NCBI RefSeq assembly: GCF_022701215.1
Contig: NZ_CP089976.1
Coordinates: 180,001 to 212,000 of the forward strand
Direction of reading: 5' to 3'
DNA from: Moraxella nasovis
GTDB lineage: Bacteria; Pseudomonadota; Gammaproteobacteria; Pseudomonadales; Moraxellaceae
DNA length: 32,000 nt
Below are positions 25,567-32,000 of the stretch, in pieces. How positions within the stretch are numbered: position 1 is the stretch's first letter; every line of letters begins with the position of its first letter. Below the pieces are notes generated by a model. The model was not told the DNA's origin, did no database searches, and worked only from the letters and a program-made list of their open reading frames with translations. The position numbers and the translations under genes were made by a program.

Positions 25567-25595
25567 TTGTAAAATCAAGCAATTTTTTTCATAAT
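25567..25595 (+). promoter_or_regulatory. Candidate sigma70 promoter of the gcv operon (TTGTAA-17 nt-CATAAT)
   Basis: The hexamers place a TSS at about 25602, exactly at the 5' edge of riboswitch P1. Confidence 0.55.
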
Positions 25596-25602
25596 AGAGA
25601 TG

Positions 25603-25833
25603 TTTTTCAGGAGAGTGGTTTTGTTGCTAAAAACCCACCGAAGGCGTATCGTGACGGGCTTAGCCCAAACTCCCCTATAATCGCTCAGGTAAAAGGACTG
25701 AAAAACTTAATTTGCCGATTGCAAATTAACCACTCTGGAGAGCTAATTGGTAGCACCGAAGGGAAAAAGTTAGGCACATGGGTTTGGCGACTTTAGCTTA
25801 ATGAAAATCTCAGGTAACAGGACAGATGGGGTG
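25603..25833 (+). promoter_or_regulatory. Tandem glycine riboswitch (two aptamers)
   Basis: Aptamer 1: tttttcaGGAGAG...CACCGAAGG...CTCAGGTAAAAGGACtgaaaaa. Aptamer 2: CTCTGGAGAG...CACCGAAGGG...CTCAGGTAACAGGACAG. It lies immediately upstream of gcvT. Confidence 0.9.
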
Positions 25834-25898
25834 TTTTTTATTTGCTAATCATTAGCAGTTTTTGCATGATTATTTTGCAACCTTAAGGAAAACACGCC

Positions 25899-27008
25899 AT
25901 GACAACACAACGCACCCCATTCTTTGACGCTCATGTCGCCCACAACGCCAAAATCGTGGATTTTGCAGGTTGGGAGCTCCCCATCCATTATGGCAGCCAA
26001 ATTGATGAACACAATGCCGTGCGTACCGATGCAGGTATGTTTGATGTGTCGCATATGCTTACCACAGACGTAACTGGCGACAACGCTCGTGCCTTTTTTC
26101 AAAAACTCATCGCCAACGATGTCGCCAAACTATCTTTTGTCGGTAAAGCCTTATATTCTGCCATGCTCAATGACAATGGCGGTGTGATTGACGACCTTAT
26201 CGTCTATCGCAAAAATGAAGACGAGACCGCCTATCGTATCGTCTCCAATGGGGCAACTCGTGAAAAAGACTCCGCTCAATTTGCCAAAATCGGTCAAGAA
26301 TTTGGTATCACTTTAACCCCACGTTATGATTTGGGTATGCTTGCCATTCAAGGACCAAAAGCGATTGAAAAACTACTCACCGTCAAACCGCATTGGGCAG
26401 ACGTGGTAAATGGTCTAAAACCATTCGTTGGTGCAGATTTGGCACAGGTAGGCGATGATGATTGGTTCGTTGCTCGCACAGGCTACACAGGCGAAGATGG
26501 TGTAGAAGTGATTTTGCCTGCGACAAAAGCGGTAGCGTTTTTTAATGAGTTATCAAAAGCTGGCGTAAAACCAGCAGGACTTGGGGCAAGAGACACTCTG
26601 CGTATGGAAGCAGGCATGAACTTGTACGGCAACGACATGGACGATGAAACCAGTCCCCTAGAAGCTGGTATGGCGTGGACGGTAGATTTAAAAGACGAAA
26701 CTCGTGATTTTGTCGGTAAATCTGCCCTAATGGCATTAAAAGCGGACGGTGTCAAAGTCAAACAAGTCGGCTTACTGCTTGGTAAAGGTGGTGTGCTTCG
26801 CTCTGGCATGGAAGTGATCACCGACAACGGCAATGGCATCACAACCAGTGGTGTATTCTCCCCAAGCCTAAATCAATCCATCGCCATTGCTCGTGTGCCT
26901 GTTGATTTTAAGGGTGAGACTGCCAAAGTCGTCATGCGTGGCAAGGAAGTGGACGTGCGTGTATTAAAACTGCCATTTGTCAGAAATGGTCAAAAGCAGT
27001 TTGATTAA
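25899..27008 (+). CDS. gcvT: Glycine cleavage system aminomethyltransferase (T protein)
   Basis: [47 protein letters not shown] and [22 protein letters not shown] are canonical GcvT. Confidence 0.97.
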   Translation: MTTQRTPFFDAHVAHNAKIVDFAGWELPIHYGSQIDEHNAVRTDAGMFDVSHMLTTDVTGDNARAFFQKLIANDVAKLSFVGKALYSAMLNDNGGVIDDLIVYRKNEDETAYRIVSNGATREKDSAQFAKIGQEFGITLTPRYDLGMLAIQGPKAIEKLLTVKPHWADVVNGLKPFVGADLAQVGDDDWFVARTGYTGEDGVEVILPATKAVAFFNELSKAGVKPAGLGARDTLRMEAGMNLYGNDMDDETSPLEAGMAWTVDLKDETRDFVGKSALMALKADGVKVKQVGLLLGKGGVLRSGMEVITDNGNGITTSGVFSPSLNQSIAIARVPVDFKGETAKVVMRGKEVDVRVLKLPFVRNGQKQFD

Positions 27009-27113
27009 GTCTGATTCTAAGCTTTGGTTTAACATACTTTTGGATAGGCCATCAACAAGAATGCTTTGAATAATTTTAACTCACTCATTTTTATTACTCA
27101 TTAGGAGAAACTG

Positions 27114-27242
27114 ATGAAAACAATGCGTATGCTTGGCTTAATGCTGTGCTGTACTTTGGTATTAAGTGCCTGTGATGCCAAAGATGAATGCTTAGATGGC
27201 GGCGGTCATTATAATGAACAAACCAAACAATGCGAAAAATAA
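27114..27242 (+). CDS. 42-aa predicted small lipoprotein (below the ORF track's length cutoff)
   Basis: ATG at 27114 is preceded by aggaga about 6 nt upstream. MKTMRMLGLMLCCTLVLSAC has a basic n-region, a hydrophobic core and the lipobox LSAC. The mature part is CDAKDECLDGGGHYNEQTKQCEK. No terminator lies between gcvT and this ORF. Confidence 0.6.
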   Translation: MKTMRMLGLMLCCTLVLSACDAKDECLDGGGHYNEQTKQCEK

Positions 27243-27281
27243 ACAAACAACCCCCAACAACCCACTCACTAGGAGAGACCC

Positions 27282-27662
27282 ATGAGTAATATCCCAGCCG
27301 ACCTAAAATATGTCGCAAGCCACGAATGGCTAAAATTAGAAGATGACGGCATCATCACCGTTGGTATCACTGACCACGCCCAAGACTTGCTTGGCGATGT
27401 CGTATTTGTTGAATTGCCAGAAGTGGGGCGTACCGTTTCTGCTGATGAAGAGATTGCTGTTGTTGAGAGCGTAAAAGCTGCGTCTGATGTGTACGCTCCC
27501 ATCTCAGGCGAAATCGTAGAAATCAACGAAGAGCTGGTAGATAGTCCAGAGCTTGCCAACGAAGACCCATACGGTAAGGCTTGGTTCTTTAAAATCAAAC
27601 CTGAAAATGCGTCTGACTATGACAACTTAATGACGGCAGACGAGTACGAGAGCAGCTTGTAA
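27282..27662 (+). CDS. gcvH: Glycine cleavage system H protein (lipoyl carrier)
   Basis: [32 protein letters not shown] and the lipoyl-lysine motif VESVKAASD. Confidence 0.97.
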   Translation: MSNIPADLKYVASHEWLKLEDDGIITVGITDHAQDLLGDVVFVELPEVGRTVSADEEIAVVESVKAASDVYAPISGEIVEINEELVDSPELANEDPYGKAWFFKIKPENASDYDNLMTADEYESSL

Positions 27663-27680
27663 TACCAGCTTCATCTTAGC

Positions 27681-27701
27681 CCCTCTCTAAACCAGAGAGG
27701 G
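27681..27701 (+). terminator. GC-rich hairpin after gcvH (ccctctct aaacc agagaggg), a possible partial terminator or attenuator
   Basis: 8-bp perfect stem followed by tgcttattta, a moderate T-tract. Confidence 0.5.
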
Positions 27702-27844
27702 TGCTTATTTATCAATTAAAGATAATCAAGCTTATCAAGATTGCATTTTTAAATTTGTTGGTTCAATGATTGGTCTAATTTATAAAAGCAACCATTCAAC
27801 CAATAAATTTCTCATACAGTCACACCAAGTTTAAGGATAATGTT

Positions 27845-30706
27845 ATGACCAAAACCACCTTTAATGAGCTTTTTAACCAAAATGCTTTTGTTGAGCGTCA
27901 TTTGGGGAAGTCTCAGTTTGACCGTGAAGACACATTACTTCAAGCCGTAGGTTTTGATGATTTGAACAGTTTTATCAATGCTGTTGTGCCAAAGCCTGTA
28001 CGTTTAGATAAAAAACTTGACTTGCCAAACGCCACCACCGAGCATGAAGCCCTTGCCAAACTTCGCAAGATGGCAGATAAAATCACTGTTTCTAAAAGCT
28101 ATATCGGTCAAGGCTACGCCCCCACTCGCCTACCTGCGGTAATCCAAAGAAATGTACTAGAAAACCCCGGCTGGTACACCGCCTACACCCCTTATCAAGC
28201 AGAAATCGCTCAAGGTCGCCTTGAGGCTTTGCTTAACTTCCAGCAAGTATGCGTGGACTTAACAGGTATGGATTTGGCAGGTGCAAGTTTGCTTGATGAA
28301 GCGACCGCTGCTGCTGAAGCGATGGCGATGGCAAAGCGTGCCAGCAAATCTAAATCAAACCAATTTTTTGTAGATGAACGCACTTATCCGCAGACACTTG
28401 ATGTAATTTACACTCGTGCCAAATACTTTGATTTTGAGGTTGTAGTAGGCGACTTTGACACCGCCAAAAATGGTGATTTCTTTGGGGCTTACTTCCAATA
28501 CGTCGGCAAAGAAGGCGATGTAATCGATCTAACAAACATCATCAAGGCTGTTAAGGATAAAGGTGCATACGCCATTGTAGCAAGCGATATTTTAAGCCTT
28601 GTCCTTTTAAAATCACCTAGCCAGATGGGTGCTGACATCGCACTTGGTAGCACCCAGCGTTTTGGTATTCCGATGGGCTTTGGTGGACCGCACGCTGCTT
28701 ATTTCGCCTTTAAAGACAAAGACAAACGTCTTGCCCCAGGTCGTATCATCGGCGTATCCAAAGATGCCCAAGGCAATACCGCCCTACGCATGGCACTGCA
28801 GACTCGTGAACAGCATATCCGCCGTGAAAAAGCCAACTCCAACATCTGCACAAGCCAAGTACTTTTGGCAAATTTAGCAGGAATGTATGCCGTCTATCAT
28901 GGGGCAACAGGACTAAAACGCATCGCCACTCGTATCCACGCTTTGGCAGTCGCATTTAGTCAAGCAGTAACATCGGCAGGACTAAGTGTACGCCATGATG
29001 TGTTTTTTGATACTGTACTTGTAGAATGTGGCGATAAAGCCGATAATATCTATAAAACAGCAAAAAAAGCAGGCTACACGTTACACAAAGCAAGCAATAC
29101 CGCTTTATCCATCGCCTTTAACGAGCTGACAGAAAAAGACGATTTTGCTAACTTATGTGAGTTTTTCGGAGCAACAGGCGATCTTAACGATGTAACATTT
29201 GCCCTAACTGACAGCCTGCTACGTAAAGATGACATTTTAACGCACCCTGTCTTTAACAGTCATCACACCGAACACCAAATGCTTCGCTACCTTAAGTCTT
29301 TAGAAGATAAGGATCTAGCGATGAACCGTAGCATGATTTCGCTTGGCTCTTGTACCATGAAGCTTAACGCCACAAGCGAGATGTTGCCCATTACATGGAA
29401 TGAATTTGCCAACGTACACCCATTTGCTCCAAGTGACGAAGTGGTCGGTTACATTGAAATGATTGATAGCCTACAAACCCAGCTTAAAGCCATCACAGGT
29501 TTTGATGAGATTAGCATGCAACCAAACTCTGGTGCGTCTGGTGAATATGCAGGCTTATTGGCAATTCGTCGTTATCATGAAAGCCTAGGGGAGACGAACC
29601 GTAACATCTGTCTAATCCCACGCTCTGCACACGGCACAAACCCTGCTACTGCCCAAATGATGGGTATGAAAGTCGTCGTCGTGGCAACCGATGAGCATGG
29701 TAACGTGGATTTAGACGACTTAAATGCCAAATGTGAAGAGTATTCAGACAACCTAGGTGCATTTATGATCACCTACCCATCTACCCATGGCGTATTTGAA
29801 GAAGGCATTCGTGACATTTGCGACCTAATCCATAAGCATGGCGGTCAAGTGTATATGGACGGTGCTAACATGAATGCTCAAGTTGGTCTAATGCAGCCTG
29901 CTGACGTAGGTGCTGACGTACTACACATGAACCTACATAAGACTTTCTGCATTCCACATGGTGGTGGTGGTCCTGGCATGGGGCCGATTGGACTTAAATC
30001 ACACCTTGCACCGTTTATTGCAAGCCACAGCGTAACCCCTGTATTTAACGCCGCTCAGAATAATTCAGCTGTATCAGCAGCAGCGTATGGCTCAGCAAGC
30101 ATCTTGCCAATCTCGTGGATGTACATCACCATGATGGGCGGCGATGGCTTAACAGCAGCAACCAAGCGTGCATTACTAAACGCCAACTATGTCGCTAAGT
30201 CCTTAGAAAGCGATTATCCTGTTTTATATAAAGGTAAAAATGGCTTTGTGGCACACGAATGTATCATTGACATTCGTCCGCTCAAAGAAGAAACAGGCAT
30301 CACTGAAACTGACATTGCCAAACGCTTGATGGATTATGGCTTTCACGCACCGACCATGAGCTTTCCTGTAGCAGGTACACTCATGATTGAGCCGACCGAA
30401 TCAGAAGATATTGCCGAGCTTGACCGCTTTATTTCAGCACTCAAACAAATCAAGCAAGAAGCACTGGATGTGAAAGCTGGTAATCATGGCTATACTTTAG
30501 ACAATAACCCACTGGTGAACGCTCCGCACACTGCAAGTGTCGTAACAGCCAAATCTTGGGAACGCCCTTATAGCCGTGATTATGCTGCATTCCCATTAGA
30601 ATACGTCCGCCGTCATAAGTTTTGGCCAAGCGTTGGGCGTGTAGATGATGTCTATGGCGATAAGAATCTTATGTGTTCTTGCCCAAGCATTGATAATTAC
30701 GAATAA
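27845..30706 (+). CDS. gcvP: Glycine dehydrogenase (decarboxylating), single-chain P protein
   Basis: 953-aa ORF. NPGWYTAYTPYQAEIAQGRLEALLNFQ and the PLP-lysine region HMNLHKTFCIPHGGGGPG. Confidence 0.97.
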   Translation: MTKTTFNELFNQNAFVERHLGKSQFDREDTLLQAVGFDDLNSFINAVVPKPVRLDKKLDLPNATTEHEALAKLRKMADKITVSKSYIGQGYAPTRLPAVIQRNVLENPGWYTAYTPYQAEIAQGRLEALLNFQQVCVDLTGMDLAGASLLDEATAAAEAMAMAKRASKSKSNQFFVDERTYPQTLDVIYTRAKYFDFEVVVGDFDTAKNGDFFGAYFQYVGKEGDVIDLTNIIKAVKDKGAYAIVASDILSLVLLKSPSQMGADIALGSTQRFGIPMGFGGPHAAYFAFKDKDKRLAPGRIIGVSKDAQGNTALRMALQTREQHIRREKANSNICTSQVLLANLAGMYAVYHGATGLKRIATRIHALAVAFSQAVTSAGLSVRHDVFFDTVLVECGDKADNIYKTAKKAGYTLHKASNTALSIAFNELTEKDDFANLCEFFGATGDLNDVTFALTDSLLRKDDILTHPVFNSHHTEHQMLRYLKSLEDKDLAMNRSMISLGSCTMKLNATSEMLPITWNEFANVHPFAPSDEVVGYIEMIDSLQTQLKAITGFDEISMQPNSGASGEYAGLLAIRRYHESLGETNRNICLIPRSAHGTNPATAQMMGMKVVVVATDEHGNVDLDDLNAKCEEYSDNLGAFMITYPSTHGVFEEGIRDICDLIHKHGGQVYMDGANMNAQVGLMQPADVGADVLHMNLHKTFCIPHGGGGPGMGPIGLKSHLAPFIASHSVTPVFNAAQNNSAVSAAAYGSASILPISWMYITMMGGDGLTAATKRALLNANYVAKSLESDYPVLYKGKNGFVAHECIIDIRPLKEETGITETDIAKRLMDYGFHAPTMSFPVAGTLMIEPTESEDIAELDRFISALKQIKQEALDVKAGNHGYTLDNNPLVNAPHTASVVTAKSWERPYSRDYAAFPLEYVRRHKFWPSVGRVDDVYGDKNLMCSCPSIDNYE

Positions 30707-30723
30707 GTCTACTTATTTATGCC

Positions 30724-30756
30724 AAATACCCTGATTGTATCATCAGGGTATTTTTA
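30724..30756 (+). terminator. Rho-independent terminator (ataccctgat...atcagggtat followed by tttt)
   Basis: 10-bp stem and T-run directly after the gcvP stop. Confidence 0.85.
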
Positions 30757-30838
30757 TTGAGTGAACGACAAAAAAAAGCTTTTGTGGTAGAATTGGCAAC
30801 CTGCAAATGAACACTGCTTTACTGGAGATTAATTGGTG

Positions 30839-32000
30839 ATGACCAACCCTGCCGATTTAGACCATATTCTTAAACATATTGCTGCACTGAGCGATCTACC
30901 AGAAGCACAGTCACTTAAGCGACTCATTGACTATCTTCGCACTCCCAAAGATGATCAAGAAGCTAGCAATGCTAAAATATTAGAATTGATTGAAATTTTG
31001 CAAGCCAATCCTGAATATGGTGAAGGCTTGGTGGCATTTATCTTACGCCTTATCAACCAATACAGCCAGATTCCATTGTATGTAGATACTGGTATTGCAC
31101 TTGATCATGGATTTTTTCAAAGTTTTAATCGACTCATCGCCCACCGTTTTTTACCACTTTTACCCCAAGAAGATTCTGTGGTTGAATTGGCGGCATACTT
31201 ATTTGATCAAGATAATGATTTACAGTGGCTTAGTACGATTGCAGAAGAGCATTGGGAAGCGTTGGTGGATTTATTAAAGGTAAAATCTGATGATTTACAT
31301 TTAGTTGCCACCGCCAAAAATAACATTCTAAACGCCATTGTTATTTTATCGTATCGTATCGCTGGCATGGGATTGCATCCTGACCTAATGATCGCCTACC
31401 CGCAGATGCTAAATCATTCTGCCGCTTTTGTCGCCCAAAACCAAGAAGCTGTACTGTTTGCAAACGACTACCGTAAGGCACACGACCTAGACTCGCTGAC
31501 TGATATTGCACCAGAAGATGATATCTACCCTGCACAGCTGTTAGTCATGCTAGAACAATGTAATGACATCGTGGTTAATGTGCGAAAACGCATTTATAAA
31601 ACTGGTATTTCTATTCGCTTAACCAACCTAATTGTTCGCCTTGAGCAAAGCTTGCATCGCATGGGTGTCTTGATTGCTCTTTTATGTGATAAAAAGCAGC
31701 GTGATAACGCCATTGTTGAGCTAACTTCTCAAATTGCCCTGACCGCCAAAACTCGTTACAGCTTTAGTTATCTGATTGAAAGTAATACCAAACTTTTGTC
31801 ACGAAAGGTGACTGAAAATGCCAGCAAGGTGGGTGAACATTACATCAGCACCGATAAGGCAGGTTACCGTAAAATGTACAAAAAAGCAGCACTCGGCGGC
31901 TTTTTCATCGCATTTATGGCAACCTTAAAAATCTTAGGTTACCGACTGGTCTTAGCACCAGTTGGCAGTGCTTTTATGAACAGTATGATTTATGGTCTAG
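30839..32000 (+). CDS. 5' part of a PF10136-type membrane protein (family annotated 'site-specific recombinase'); continues past the right edge
   Basis: A frame with no stop runs from ATG 30839 (GTG 30836 or TTG 30833 are alternatives; ggag at 30823-30826) to the window end, 387 codons. TGISIRLTNLIVRLEQSL..., VTENASKVGEHYISTDKAGYRKMYKKAALGGFFIAFMATLKIL resemble that family. It is absent from the ORF track because it has no stop within the window. Confidence 0.7.
   Translation, partial: MTNPADLDHILKHIAALSDLPEAQSLKRLIDYLRTPKDDQEASNAKILELIEILQANPEYGEGLVAFILRLINQYSQIPLYVDTGIALDHGFFQSFNRLIAHRFLPLLPQEDSVVELAAYLFDQDNDLQWLSTIAEEHWEALVDLLKVKSDDLHLVATAKNNILNAIVILSYRIAGMGLHPDLMIAYPQMLNHSAAFVAQNQEAVLFANDYRKAHDLDSLTDIAPEDDIYPAQLLVMLEQCNDIVVNVRKRIYKTGISIRLTNLIVRLEQSLHRMGVLIALLCDKKQRDNAIVELTSQIALTAKTRYSFSYLIESNTKLLSRKVTENASKVGEHYISTDKAGYRKMYKKAALGGFFIAFMATLKILGYRLVLAPVGSAFMNSMIYGL

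Noticed and set aside
25845-26102. 85-aa minus-strand ORF overlapping the gcvT start
   Set aside because: It is antisense to gcvT and to the riboswitch-proximal leader.
26483-27598. Minus-strand ORFs 26483..26842, 26542..26736, 27094..27318 and 27269..27598
   Set aside because: They are antisense to gcvT, the small lipoprotein ORF and gcvH. The + strand genes have SDs and canonical motifs.
28350-29772. Short ORFs within gcvP (28350..28535-, 28629..28877+, 28746..28955-, 29575..29772-)
   Set aside because: They are shadow frames in a 953-aa canonical P-protein gene.
31095-31535. ORFs 31095..31277(+) and 31341..31535(-)
   Set aside because: They lie inside or antisense to the long open frame starting at 30839, which reads through both.
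1-32000. Search for CRISPR arrays, tRNA/rRNA genes, IS elements, integrases, phage or plasmid genes, and toxin-antitoxin or known defence modules
   Set aside because: I saw no regularly spaced direct repeats, no tRNA-like T-arm/acceptor patterns, and no transposase, integrase or nuclease-helicase type ORFs. Every large ORF has a housekeeping or envelope assignment.

Overview
This looks like a chromosomal, mostly housekeeping window from an AT-leaning gammaproteobacterium. By inference only, the gene content resembles Moraxellaceae: rpsF-rpsR-rplI without priB, very large TamA/TamB, and a MutT-TenI fusion. Left to right the window contains: a decayed GNAT gene; a coupled radical-SAM/DUF4130 'DNA modification/repair' pair; a DUF2059-like exported protein; a Nudix-TenI fusion; an orphan hemP with Fur-box-like sites; tamB-tamA; an LplT-like MFS transporter; a Sel1-like exported protein; a 731-aa lipoprotein alpha/beta-hydrolase; rpsF-rpsR-rplI; a small membrane protein and ycgL; a DUF2254 membrane protein; a WG-repeat gene fragment; an adh-namA (Fe-ADH plus Old Yellow Enzyme) pair beside a LysR relic; a tandem glycine riboswitch driving gcvT, an unlisted 42-codon lipoprotein ORF, gcvH and gcvP; and the 5' part of a PF10136-type membrane protein (annotated 'site-specific recombinase'). 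I saw no CRISPR array, tRNA, rRNA, transposase, integrase or phage genes, and no obvious defence island. The most function-unknown module is the radical-SAM/DUF4130 pair, which is a known family of unknown function rather than a new one. The most novel-looking items are the riboswitch-controlled mini-lipoprotein and the expanded TAM proteins. Three independent gene relics (GNAT, WG-repeat, LysR) suggest ongoing gene decay. All family calls come from motif recognition by eye, not from searches.
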